Positions 45,373 through 60,300 of a stretch of DNA of 64,000 bases are shown one piece after another (within the stretch, counting starts at the first letter, position 1; every line of letters begins with the position of its first letter). Location of the stretch: the NCBI GenBank assembly GCA_026770705.1, contig JANJGN010000016.1, positions 86,614,001-86,678,000 of the forward strand, read 5' to 3'. The notes beneath the pieces were generated by a model. The model was not told where the DNA came from. It ran no database searches and was given only the letters and a program-made list of their open reading frames with translations. Both the position numbers and the translations under genes were made by a program. Source of the DNA: Isurus oxyrinchus (Eukaryota).

Positions 45373-48300
45373 GGTGGTGTACCTGACTACACAGACTGGA
45401 TTGTGAAGTGTGGTGTACCTGACTACACAGACTGGATTGTGAAGTGCGATGTACCTGAGTACTCAGAGTGGATTGTGAAGTGTGACGTACCTGAGTACAC
45501 AGACTGGATTGTGAAGTGTGGCCAACCTGAGTACACAGACTGGATTGTGAAGTGTGATGTACCTGAGTGCACAGACTGGATTGTGAAGTGTGATGTACCT
45601 GAGTACACAAAATGGATAGTGAAGTGTGATGTACCTGAGTACACAGACTGGATTGTGAAGTGTGATGTACCTGAGTACACAGACTGGATTATGAAGTGTG
45701 ACGTACCTGAGTACACAAAATGGATAGTGAAGTGTGGTGTACCTGAGTACATAGACTGAATTGTGAAATATGATGAACCTGAGTACACAGACTGGATTGT
45801 GAAGTGTGGTCAACCTGGGTACACAAACTGAATTGTGATCTGTGATGCACCTGTGTACACAGACTGGATTGTGAAGTGTGATGTACCTGAGTACACAGAA
45901 TGGATTGTGACATATGACGTACCTGAGTACACAGACTGGATTGTGAAGTGTGATGTACCTCTGTACACAAACTGGATTGTTAAGTGTAATGTTCCTGAGT
46001 ACACAGACTGGATTGTGAAATGTGATGTACCTGAATACACAGATTGGATCGTGAAGTGTGATGTACCTGAGTACACAAACTGGATTGTGCAATGTGATGT
46101 ACCTGAGTACACAGACTGGATTGTGAAGAATGGTTTACCTGAGTACACAGACTGGATTGTGAAGTGTGGTCTACCAGAGTACACAGAGTGGATTGTGATG
46201 ATTGGTGTACTGAGTACACCAACTGGATTGTGATGTTTGATGTACCTGAGTACATAGACAGTATTGTGAAGTGTGATGTTCCTGAGTACTCAGACTGGAT
46301 TGTGAAGTGAGATGTACCTGAGTACACAGACTGGATTGTGAAGTGTGATGTACCTGAGTACACAGACTGGATTGTGAAATGTGATGTACCTGTGTACACA
46401 GACTGGATTATGAAATATGATGCAACTATTTACACAGACTGGACTGTGAAGTATGATGTTCCTGAGTAGAGAGACTGGATTGTGATGATTGGTGTCCCTG
46501 AGTGCACAAACTGGATTGTGAAGTGTGATGTATCCGAGTACACAGAATGGAATGTAAACTGTGATGTACCTGAGTACACAGACTGGATTGTGAAGTGTGA
46601 TGTACCTGAGTACACAGCCTGGATTGTGAAGTGTGATGTACCTGAGTACACAGACTGGATTGTGAAGTGTGATGTACCGGACAACCACAGACTGGATTGT
46701 GAAGTGTGATCAACCTGAGTACACAAACTGGATTGTGAAGTGTGATGTACCTGAGTACACAGAATGGATTGTGAAGTGTGATGTACCTGAGTACACAGAT
46801 TGTATTGTGAAGAATGGTTTACCTGAGTACACAGACTGGATTGTGAAGTCTGATGTACCTGAGTACACAAACTGGATTGTGAAGTGTGATGTACCTGAGT
46901 ACACAGACACGATTGTGAAGTGTGATGTACCTGAGTACACAGACACGATTGTGAAGTGTGATGTAGCTGTGTACACATACTGGATTGTGAAGTGTGACAT
47001 AGCTGAGTACACAGACTGGATTGTGAAGTGTGATGTACCGGTGTACACAGACTGGATTGTGAAATATGATGTACCTTAGTACACAGACGGGATTGTGAAT
47101 TGTGATGTACCAGAGTAAACAGACTGGATTGTGAAGTGTGACGTAGCTGAGTAAACAGACTGGGTTGTGATGTGTGATGAACCGGAGTATGCAGACTGGA
47201 CTGTGAAATGTGATGTACCTGAGTACACAGACCGGATTGTGAAATGTGATGTACCTGGATACACAGACTGGATTGTGATGTGTGACGTACGTGAGTAGAC
47301 ACACTGGATTGTGACGTGTGATATACCTGTGTACACAAACTGGATTGCGAAATATGATGTACCTAAGAATACAGACTGGATTGTGAATTGTGATGTACCA
47401 GAGTACACAGACTGGGTTGTGAAGTGTGACGTACCAGAGTAGACAGACTGGATTGTGAAGTGTGATGTACCTGTGTACACAGACTGGATTGTGAAATATG
47501 ATGCACCTGAGTACACAGACTGGATTGTGAAGTCTGATGTACCTGAGTATACAGACTGGATTGTGAAATGTGATATACCTGAGTACACAGATAGGATTGT
47601 GATGTGTGATGTACCTGAGTACACAGACCGGATTGTGAAATGTGATGTACCTGAGTACACAGACTGGATTGTGAAATGTGATGTACCTGAGTACACAGAC
47701 TGGATTGTGAAGTGTGATGTACCTGAGTAAACAGACTGGATTCTGAAGTGTGTTGAACCTGACGACACAGACTGGATTGTGAAGTGTGATGTACCTGGAT
47801 ACACAGACTGGATTGTGAAATATGATGCACCTGAGTACACAGACGGGATTGTGATGTGTGACGTATCTGAGCAGACAGACTGGATTCTGACGTGTGATAT
47901 ACCTGTGTACACAGACTGGATGGTGAAATATGATGCACCTCAGTACACAGACTGGATTGTGAAGTGTGATGTACCTGAGTATACAGACTGGATTGTGAAA
48001 TGTGATGTACCTGAGTACCCAGAGTGAATTGTGATGTGTGATGTACCTGTGTACACAGACTGGACTGTGAAATGTGATGTACCTGAGTACACAAACTGGA
48101 TAGCGAAATGTTATGTACCAGAGTACACAGACTGGATTGTGATGTGTGGTGTACCTGAGTAAACAAAGTGGATTGTGAATTGTGATGTACCTGAGTACAA
48201 AGACTGGATTGTGAAGTGTGATGTACCTGAGTACACAGACTGGATCGTGAAGAGTGATGTTCCTGAGTACAGAACTGGATTGTGAAGTGTGATGTACCTG

Positions 48301-51300
48301 TGTACAGAGACTGGATTGTGAAGTTTGACACAGCTGAGTACTCAGACTGGTTTGTGAAGTGTGACGTAGCTGAATACACAGACTTGATTGTGAAGTGTGA
48401 TGTACCTGTGTACAGAGAGTGGATTGTGAAATATGATCCACCTGTGTACACAGAGTGGATTGTGAAGAGTGATGTACTTGTGCACACAGACAGTATTGTG
48501 ATGTGTGGTGTTCCTGAGTACTTAGACTGGATTGTGAAATTTGATGTACCTGAGTACACAGACTGGATTGTGAAGTGTGATGTACCTGTGTACACAGATT
48601 GGATTGTGATGTGTGATGTACCTGAGTACACAGACTGGATTGTGAAATGTGATGTACCTGAGTACACAGACTGGATTGTGAAATGTGATGTACCTGAGTA
48701 CACAGACTGGATTGTGAAATGTGATGTACCTGAGTACACAGACTGTATTGTGAAGTGCGATGTACCTGAGTACACAGACTGGATTGTGAAGTGTGATGTA
48801 CCTGAGTACACAGACTGGATTGTGAAATGTGATGTACCTGAGTACACAGACTGGATTGTGAAGTGTGATGTACCTGTGTACACAGATTGGATTGTGATGT
48901 GTGATGTACCTGAGTACACAGACTGGATTGTGAAATGTGATGTACCTGAGTACACAGACTGGATTGTGAAATGTGATGTACCTGAGTACACAGACTGGAT
49001 TGTGAAATGTGATGTACCTGAGTACACAGACTGTATTGTGAAGTGCGATGTACCTGAGTACACAGACTGGATTGTGAAGTGTGATGTACCTGAGTACACA
49101 GACTGGATTGTGAAATGTGATGTACCTGAGTACACAGACTGGATTGTGAAGTGCGATGTACCTGAGTACACAGACTGGATTGTGAAGTGCGATGTACCTG
49201 AGTACACAGACTGGATTATGAAGTGTGATGTATCTGAGTACACAGACTGGATTGTGAAGTGTGATGTATCTGAGTACACAGACTGGATTGTGAAATGCGA
49301 TGTACCTGAGGACAGACAGGATTGTGAAGTGCGATGTACCTGAGTAGACAGGCAGGATTGTGAAGTGTGATGTATCTGAATACAAAGACTGGTTTGTGAA
49401 ATGCGATGTACCTGAGGACAGACAGGATTGTGAAGTGTGATGTACCTGAGTACACAGACTGGATTGTGAAATGTGATGTACCTGAGTACACAGACTGGAT
49501 TGTGAAGTGTGATGTACCTGAGTACACAAACTGGATTGTGATGTGTGGTGTACCAGATAACATAGACTGGATTGTGAAGTGTGATCAACCTGAGTACACA
49601 GACTGCATTATGAAGTGTGACGTACCTGAGTACACAAAATGGATAGTGAAGTGTGTTGTACCTGAGTACACAGACTGGATTGTCATGTGTGGCGTACCTG
49701 AGTACACAGACTGGATTGTGAAGTGTGATGTACCTGAGTACACAGACTGGATTGTGAAGTGTGATGTACCTGAGTACACAGACTGGATTGTGAAGTGTGA
49801 CGTAGCTGAGTACATAGACTGGATTGTGAAGTGTGATGTACCTCTGTACACAAACTGGATTGTTAAGTGTAATGTTCCTGAGTACACAGACTGGATTGTG
49901 AAATATGATGAACCTGAGTACACAGACTGGATTGTGAAGTGTGGTGAACCTGAGTACACAAACTGAATTGTGATCTGTGATGCACCTGTGTACACAGACT
50001 GGATTGTGAAGTGTGATGTACCTGAGTACACAGAATGGATTGTGACATATGACGTACCTGAGTACACAGACTGGATTGTGAAGTGTGATGTACCTCTGTA
50101 CACAAACTGGATTGTTAAGTGTAATGTTCCTGAGTACACAGACTGGATTGTGAAATATGATGTACCTGAATACACAGACTGGATTGTGAAGTGTGATGTA
50201 CCTGAGTACACAAAATGGATTGTGAAGTGTGATGCACCTGAGTACACAAAATGGATTGTGAAATGTGATGTACCTGAGTACACAGATTGGATTGTGAAGA
50301 ATGGTTTACCTGAGTACACAGACTGGATTGTGAAGTGTGGTCTACCAGAGTACACAGACTGGATTGTGATGATTGGTGTACTGAGTACACAAACTGGATT
50401 GTGATGTTTGATGTACCTGAGTACATAGACAGCATTGTGAAGTGTGATGTTCCTGAGGACTCAGACTGGATTGTGAAGTGTGATGTTCCTGAGTAGAGAG
50501 ACTGGAGTGTGATGATTGGTGTACCTGAGTGCACAAACTGGATTGTGAAGTGTGATGTATCCGAGTACACAGAATGGAATGTAAACTGTGATGTACCGGA
50601 GTACACAGACTGGATTGTGAAGTGTGATGTACCTGAGTACACAGACTGGATTGTGAAGTGTGATGTACCTGATACTCATGCAGGATTGTGAAGTGTGATG
50701 TACCGGACAACCACAGATTGGATTGTGAAGTGTGATGTACCTGAGTACACAGACTGGATTCGGATGTGTGGTGTACCTGATTACACAGACTGGATTGTGA
50801 AGTGTGATCAACCTGAGTACACAAACTGGATTGTGAAGTGTGATGTACCTGAGTACACAGAATGGATTGTGAAGTGTGATGTACCTGAGTACACAGATTG
50901 TATTGTGAAGAATGGTTTACCTGAGTACACAGACTGGATTGTGAAGTCTGATGTACCTGAGTACACAAACTGGATTGTGAAGTGTGATGTACCTGAGTAC
51001 ACAGACAGGATTGTGAAGTGTGATGTACCTGTGTACACATACTGGATTGTGAAGTGTGACATAGCTGAGTACACAGACTGGATTGTGAACTGTGATGTAC
51101 CTGTGTACACAGACTGGATTGTGAAATATGATGTACCTTAGTACACAGACTGGTTGTGAATTGTGATGTACCAGAGTACACAGACTGGATTGTGAAGTGT
51201 GACGTAGCTGAGTAAACAGACTGGGTTGTGATGTGTGATGAACCGGAGTACGCAGACTGGACTGTGAAATGTGATGTACCTGAGTACACTGAATGGATTG

Positions 51301-54300
51301 TGAAATGTGATGTACCTGAGTACACAGACCGGATTGGGCAGTGTGATGTACCTGGATACACAGACTGGATTGTGATGTGTGACGTACCTGAGTAGACAGA
51401 CTGGATTGTGACGTGTGATATACCTGTGTACACAGACTGGATTGTGAAATATGATGTACCTAAGAATACAGACTGGATTCTGAATTGTGATGTACCAGAG
51501 TAGACAGACTGGATTGTGAAGTGTGATGTACATGTGTACACAGACTGGATTGTGAAATATGATGCACCTGAGTACACAGACAGGATTCTGAAGTGTGATG
51601 TACCTGAGTATACAGACTGGATTGTGAATTGTGTTGAACCTGACGACACAGACTGGATTGTGAAGTGTGATGTACCTGGATACACAGACTGGATTGTGAA
51701 ATATGATGCACCTGAGTACACAGACGGGATTGTGATGTGTGATGTATCTGAGCAGACAGACTGGATTGTGACGTTTGATATACATGTGTACACAGACTGG
51801 ATTGTGAAATATGATGCACCTGAGTACACAGACTGGATTGTGAAGTGTGATGTACCTGAGTATACAGACTGGATTGTGAAATGTGATGTACCTGAGTACA
51901 CAGACTGGATTGCGAAATGTTATGTACCTGAGTACACAGACTGGATTGTGAAATGTGATGTACCTGAGTACACAGACTGGATTGAGATGTGTGGTGTGCC
52001 TGAGTAAACAAAGTGGATTGTGAAGTGTGATGTACCTGAGTACAAAGACTGGATTGTGAAGTGTGATGTACCTGAGTACACAGACTGGATTGTGAAGAGT
52101 GATGTTCCTGAGTGCAGAACTGGATTGTGAAATATGATGTACCTGAGTACACAGACTGGATTGTGAATTGTGATGTACCAGATTACACAGACTGGATTGT
52201 GAAGTCTGACGTAGCTGAGTAAACAGACTGGGTTGTGATGTGTGTTGAACCGGTGTACGCAGACTGGATTGTGAAGTGTGATGTACCTGAGCACAAAGAC
52301 GGGATTATGATGATTGGTGTACTGAGTACACAAACTGGATTGTGATGTTTGATGTACCTGAGTACACAGTTTGGATTGTGAAGTGTGATGTACCTGAGTA
52401 CACAGAACGCAGCGTGAAGTGTGATGTAGCTGAGTACACAGACTGGATTGTGAAGTGTGGCGTAGCTGAGTAAACAGACTGGATTGTGAAGTGTTATGTA
52501 CCTGTGGACACAGACTGGATTGTGAAATATGATGCACCTGAGTACGCAGACTGAATTGTGAAGTGTGACGTAGCTGAGTACTCAGACTGGTTTGTGAAGT
52601 GTGACGTAGCTGAATACACAGACTTGATTGTGAAGTATGATGTACCTGTGTACAGAGAGTGGATTGTGAAATATGATCCACCTGTGTACACAGAGTCGAT
52701 TGTGAAGAGTGATGTACTTGTGCACACAGACTGGATTGTGAAGTATGATGTACCTGGGTACACAGACTGGAATGTGACGATTGGTGTACTGAGTACACAA
52801 AGTGGATTGTGATGTTTGATGTACCTGAGTACACAGACAGTATTGTGATGTGTGGTGTTCCTGAGTACTCAGACTGGGTTGTGAAATTTGATGTACCTGA
52901 GTACACAGACTGGATTGTGAAGTGTGATGTACCTGGGTACGCAGACTGTTTTGTGAAATATGATGTACCTGAGTACACAGGCTGGGTTGTGAAGTGTGAT
53001 GTACCTGAGTACACAGACTTGATTGTGAAGTGTGAAGTACCTGTATACACAGACTGGATTCTGAAATATGATGCACCTATTTACACAGACTGGATTGTGA
53101 AGTATGATGTTCCTGAGTAGAGAGACTGGAGTGTGTTGATTGGTATACCTGAGAGCACAAACTGGATTGTGAAGTGTGATGTATCTGAGTACACAGAATG
53201 GAATGTAAACTGTGATGAACCTGAGTACACAGACTGGATTATGAAGTGTGACGTAGCTGAGTACACAAAATGGATTGTGAAGTGTGACGTAGCTGAGTTC
53301 ACCGACTTGATTGTAAACTGTGACGTCCCTCAGACAACAGACTGGATTGTGAAGTGTGATGTACCTGAGTATACAGACTGGATTGCGAAGTGTGATGTAC
53401 TTGAGTACACAGACTGGATTGTGAAATGTGATGTACCTGAGTACACAGACTGGATTGTGAAGTGTGATGTACCTGAGTACTCAGACTGGATTGTGAAGTG
53501 TGATGTACCTGAGTACACACACTGGATTGCGAAGATGTGATGTACCTGAGTACACGGACTGGATTGTGAAATGTGATGTTCCTGAGACAACAGGCAGGAT
53601 AGTGAAGTGTGATGTACCGGACTACCACAGATTGTATTGTGAAGTGTGATGTACCTGAGTACACAAACTGGATTGTGATGTGTGGTGTACCTGAGTACAC
53701 AGAATTGATTGTGAAGTGAGAAGTACCTGTGTACACAGACTGGATTGTGAAGTGTGGTGTACCTGAGTACACAGACTGGATTGTGAAGTGTGATGTACCT
53801 GAGTACACAGACTGGATTGTGAAGTGTGATGTACCTGAGTACACAGACTTGATTGTGAAGTGTGAAGTACCTGTATACACAGACTGGATTGCGAAATATG
53901 ATGCACCTATTTACACAGACTGGATTGTGAAGTATGATGTTCCTGAGTTGAGAGACTGGAGTGTGATGATTGGTGTACCTGAGTGCACAAAATGGATTGT
54001 GAAGTGTGATGTATCTGTGTACGCAGAATGGAATGTAAACTGTGATGTACCTGAGTACACAGACTGGATTGTGAAGTGTGATGTATCTGAGTACACAGAA
54101 TGGAATGTAAACTGTGATGTACCTGAGTACACAGACTGGATTGTGAAGTGTGATGTACCTGAGTACACAGACTGGATTGTGCAGTGTGATGTACCTGTGT
54201 ACACAGACTGGATTGTGAAGTGTGATGTACCTGAGTACACAGACTGGATTGTGAAGTGTGATGTACCTGAGTACACAGACTGGATTGTGAGGTGTGATGT

Positions 54301-57300
54301 ACCTGAGTACACAGACTGGATTGTAAACTGTGACGCCCCTGAGACAACAGGCAGGATAGTGAAGTGTGATGTACCTGAGTACACAGACTGCATTGTGAAG
54401 TGTCACGTAGCTGAGTACACAAAATAGATTGTGAAGTGTGACGTAGCTGAGTACACCGACTTGATTGTAAACTGTGACGTCCCTGAGTCCACAGGCAGGA
54501 TTGTGAAGTGTGATGTACCGGAAAAACACAGATTGGATTGTGAAGTGTGATGTACCTGAGTACTCAGACAGGATTGTGAAGTGCGATGTACCTGTGTACA
54601 CAGACTGGTTTGTGAAATATGATGCACCTGAGTACACAGACTGGATTGTGAAATGTGATGTACCCGAGTACATAGACCGGATTGTGATGTGTGATGAACC
54701 TGACTACACAGACTGGATTGTGAAATGTGATGTACGTGAGTACACAGAATGGATTGTGAAATGTGATGAACCTGAGTACACAGACTGGATTGTGAAGTTT
54801 GATGAACCTGACTACACAGACTGGATTGTGAAGTTTGATGTACCTGAGTACACAGACTGGATTGTGAAATGTGATGTACGTGAGTACACAGACTGGATTG
54901 TGAAATGTGATGTACCTGAGTACACAGACTGGATTGTGAAGTGTGATGAAACTGACTACACAGACTGGATTGTGAAGTGTGATGTACCTGAGTACACAGT
55001 CTGGATCGTGAAATGTGATCTCCCTGAGTACACAGACTGGATTATGATGTGTGATGTCCCTGAGTGCACAGACTGGATTTTGAAAGGTGATATACCTGAG
55101 TACACAGACTGGATTGTGATGTGTGGTGTTCATGAGTACACAAACTGGATTGTGAAATGTGATGTACCTCAGTACACAGACTAGATTGTGAAGTGTGATG
55201 TACCTGAGTACACAGACTGGAATGTGAATTATGATGCTCCTGAGTACACAAACTCGATTGTGAAGTGTGATGTACCTGTGCACACAGACTTGATTGTGAA
55301 GTGTGATGTACCTGGGTACGCAGACTGTTTTGTGAAATATGATGTACCTGAGTACACAGGCTGGGTTGTGAAGTGTGATGTACCTGAGTACACAGACTTG
55401 ATTGTGAAGTGTGAAGTACCTGTATACACAGACTGGATTCTGAAATATGATGCACCTATTTACACAGACTGGATTGTGAAGTATGATGTTCCTGAGTAGA
55501 GAGACTGGAGTGTGTTGATTGGTATACCTGAGAGCACAAACTGGATTGTGAAGTGTGATGTATCTGAGTACACAGAATGGAATGTAAACTGTGATGAACC
55601 TGAGTACACAGACTGGATTATGAAGTGTGACGTAGCTGAGTACACAAAATGGATTGTGAAGTGTGACGTAGCTGAGTTCACCGACTTGATTGTAAACTGT
55701 GACGTCCCTGAGACAACAGGCAGGATTGTGAAGTGTGATGTACCTGAGTATACAGACTGGATTGCGAAGTGTGATGTACTTGAGTACACAGACTGGATTG
55801 TGAAATGTGATGTACCTGAGTACACAGACTGGATTGTGAAGTGTGATGTACCTGAGTACTCAGACTGGATTGTGAAGTGTGATGTACCTGAGTACACACA
55901 CTGGATTGCGAAGATGTGATGTACCTGAGTACACGGACTGGATTGTGAAATGTGATGTTCCTGAGACAACAGGCAGGATAGTGAAGTGTGATGTACCGGA
56001 CTACCACAGATTGTATTGTGAAGTGTGATGTACCTGAGTACACAAACTGGATTGTGATGTGTGGTGTACCTGAGTACACAGAATTGATTGTGAAGTGAGA
56101 AGTACCTGTGTACACAGACTGGATTGTGAAGTGTGGTGTACCTGAGTACACAGACTGGATTGTGAAGTGTGATGTACCTGAGTACACAGACTGGATTGTG
56201 AAGTGTGATGTACCTGAGTACACAGACTTGATTGTGAAGTGTGAAGTACCTGTATACACAGACTGGATTGCGAAATATGATGCACCTATTTACACAGACT
56301 GGATTGTGAAGTATGATGTTCCTGAGTTGAGAGACTGGAGTGTGATGATTGGTGTACCTGAGTGCACAAAATGGATTGTGAAGTGTGATGTATCTGTGTA
56401 CGCAGAATGGAATGTAAACTGTGATGTACCTGAGTACACAGACTGGATTGTGAAGTGTGATGTATCTGAGTACACAGAATGGAATGTAAACTGTGATGTA
56501 CCTGAGTACACAGACTGGATTGTGAAGTGTGATGTACCTGAGTACACAGACTGGATTGTGCAGTGTGATGTACCTGTGTACACAGACTGGATTGTGAAGT
56601 GTGATGTTCCTGAGTACACAGACTGGATTGTGAAGTGTGATGTACCTGAGTACACAGACTGGATTGTGAGGTGTGATGTACCTGAGTACACAGACTGGAT
56701 TGTAAACTGTGACGCCCCTGAGACAACAGGCAGGATAGTGAAGTGTGATGTACCAGAGTACACAGACTGCATTGTGAAGTGTCACGTAGCTGAGTACACA
56801 AAATAGATTGTGAAGTGTGACGTAGCTGAGTACACCGACTTGATTGTAAACTGTGACGTCCCTGAGTCCACAGGCAGGATTGTGAAGTGTGATGTACCGG
56901 AAAAACACAGATTGGATTGTGAAGTGTGATGTACCTGAGTACTCAGACAGGATTGTGAAGTGCGATGTACCTGTGTACACAGACTGGTTTGTGAAATATG
57001 ATGCACCTGAGTACACAGACTGGATTGTGAAATGTGATGTACCCGAGTACATAGACCGGATTGTGATGTGTGATGAACCTGACTACACAGACTGGATTGT
57101 GAAATGTGATGTACGTGAGTACACAGAATGGATTGTGAAATGTGATGAACCTGAGTACACAGACTAGATTGTGAAGTTTGATGAACCTGACTACACAGAC
57201 TGGATTGTGAAGTTTGATGTACCTGAGTACACAGACTGGATTGTGAAATGTGATGTACGTGAGTACACAGACTGGATTGTGAAATGTGATGTACCTGAGT

Positions 57301-60300
57301 ACACAGACTGGATTGTGAAGTGTGATGAAACTGACTACACAGACTGGATTGTGAAGTGTGATGTACCTGAGTACACAGTCTGGATCGTGAAATGTGATCT
57401 CCCTGAGTACACAGACTGGATTGTGATGTGTGATGTCCCTGAGTGCACAGACTGGATTTTGAAAGGTGATATACCTGAGTACACAGACTGGATTGTGATG
57501 TGTGGTGTTCATGAGTACACAAACTGGATTGTGAAATGTGATGTACCTCAGTACACAGACTAGATTGTGAAGTGTGATGTACCTGAGTACACAGACTGGA
57601 ATGTGAATTATGATGCTCCTGAGTACACAAACTCGATTGTGAAGTGTGATGTACCTGTGCACACAGACTTGATTGTGAAGTGTGATGTTCCTGGGTACGC
57701 AGACTGTTTTGTGAAATATGATGTACCTGAGTACACAGGCTGGGTTGTGAAGTGTGATGTACCTGAGTACACAGACTTGATTGTGAAGTGTGACGTACCT
57801 GTTTACACAGACTGGATTGTGAGATATGATGTTCCTGAGTAGAGAGACTGGAGTGTGATGATTGGTATACCTGAGAGCACAAACTGGATTGTGAAGTGTG
57901 ATGTATCTGAGTACACAGAATGGAATGTAAGCTGTAATGAACCTGAGTACACAGACTGGGTTATGAAGTGTGACGTAGCTGAGTTCACCGACTTGATTGT
58001 AAACTGTGGCGCCCCTGAGATAACAGGCAGGATTGTGAAATGTGATTTACTGGACTACCACTGATTGGATTGTGAAGTGTGATGAACCTGAGTACACAGA
58101 CTGGATTGTGATGTGTGGTGTACCTGATTTCACAGACTGGATTGTGAAGTGTGATTTATCTGAGTACACAAACTGGATTGTGAAGTGTGATGTACCTGAG
58201 TACACAGACTAGATTGTGAAGTGTGACATAGCTGAGTACACAGACAGGATTGTGAAGTGTGATGTACCTCAGTACACAGACTGTATTGTGAATTGTGATG
58301 TACCTGAGTACACAGACTGGATTGTGATGTGTGGTGTTCCTGAGTACACAAACTGGATTGTGAAATGTGATGTACCTCAGTACACAGGCTAGATTGTGAA
58401 GCGTGATGTACCTGAGTACACAGACTGGATTGTGAAGTGTGATGTACCTGAGTATTCATGCAGGATTGTGAAGTGTGATGTACCTGAGTACACAGGCTGG
58501 ATTGTGATGTGTGGTGTACCTGATTACACAGACTGGATTGTGAAGTGTGAAGTACCTGTGTACACAGACTGGATTGTGAAATATGATGCACCTATTTACA
58601 CAGACTGGATTGTGAAGTATGATGTTCCTGAGTAGAGAGACTGGAGTGTGATGATTGGTGTACCTGAGTGCACAAAATGGATTGTGAAGTGTGATGTATC
58701 TGAGTACATAGAATGGAATGTAAACTGTGATGTACATGAGTACACAGACTGGATTGTGAAGTGTGACGTGCCTGAGTACACAGACTGGATTGTGAAGTGT
58801 GATGTACCTGAGTACACAGACTGGATTGTGAAGTGTCACGTAGCTGAGTACACAGACTGGATTGTGAAGTGTCACGTAGCTGAGTACACAGACTGGATTG
58901 TGAAGTGTCACGTAGCTGAGTACACAGACTTGATTGTAAACTGTGACGTCCCTGAGTCCACAGGCAGGATTGTGAAGTGTGATGTACCGGACTACCACTG
59001 ATTGGATTGTGAAGTGTGATGAACCTGAGTACACAAACTGGATTGTGAAGTGTGACGTAGCTGAGTACACAGACTGGATTGTGAAATATGATGCACCTGA
59101 GTACACAGAATGGATTGTGATGTCTGAGGCACCTGAGTATACAGACTGGATTGTGAAATGTGATGTCCCCGAGGACACAGACTAGATTGTGAAGTGTGAT
59201 GAACCTGACTACACAGACTGGATTGTGAAGTTTGATGTACCTGAGTACATAGACTGGATTGTGAAGTGTGATGTACCAGAGTACACAGACTAGATTGTGA
59301 AGTGTGATGAACCTGACTACACAGACTGGATTGTGAAGTTTGATGTACCTGAGTACACAGACTGGATTGTGAAATGTGATGTACGTGAGTACACAGACTG
59401 GATTGTGAAATGTGATGTACCTGAGTACACAGACTAGATTGTGAAGTGTGATGAACCTGACTACACAGACTGTATTGTGAAGTTTGATGTACCTGAGTAT
59501 ACAGTCTGGATTGTGAAATGTGATATACCTGAGTACACAGACTGGATTGTGATGTGTGGTGTACCTAAGTACACAAACTGGATTGTGAAGTGTGGTGTAC
59601 CTGATTACACAGACTGGATTGTGAAGTGTGATTTATCTGAGTACACAAACTGGATTGTGAAGTGTGATGTACCTGAGTACACAGACTGGATTGTGAAGTG
59701 TGACATAGCTGAGTACACAGACTGCATTGTGAAGTGTGATGTACCTGAGTACATAGACGGTATTGTGAATTGTGATGTACCTGAGTACACAGACTGGATT
59801 GTGATGTGTGGTGTTCCTGACTACACAGACTGGATTGTGAAGTTTGATGTACCTGAGTACACAGACTGGATTGTGAAATGTGATGTACGTGAGTACACAG
59901 ACTGGATTGTGAAATGTGATGTACCTGAGTACACAGACTGGATTGTGAAGTGTGATGAAACTGACTACACAGACTGGATTGTGAAGTGTGATGTTCCTGA
60001 GTACACAGTCTGGATCGTGAAATGTGATCTCCCTGAGTACACAGACTGGATTGTGATGTGTGATGTCCCTGAGTGCACAGACTGGATTGTGAAGTCTGAT
60101 GTACCTGAGTACACAAACTGGATTGTGAAGTGTGATGTACCTGAGTACACAGACAGGATTGTGAAGTGTGATGTACCTGTGTACACATACTGGATTGTGA
60201 AGTGTGACATAGCTGAGTACACAGACTGGAATGTGAATTATGATGCTCCTGAGTACACAAACTCGATTGTGAAGTGTGATGTACCTGTGCACACAGACTT

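Noticed and set aside
45390-45400. ACAGACTGGA in the 36-mer matches the spacer of a commonly used mouse 12-RSS as I recall it
   Set aside because: No heptamer or nonamer lies at the required positions; treated as coincidence.
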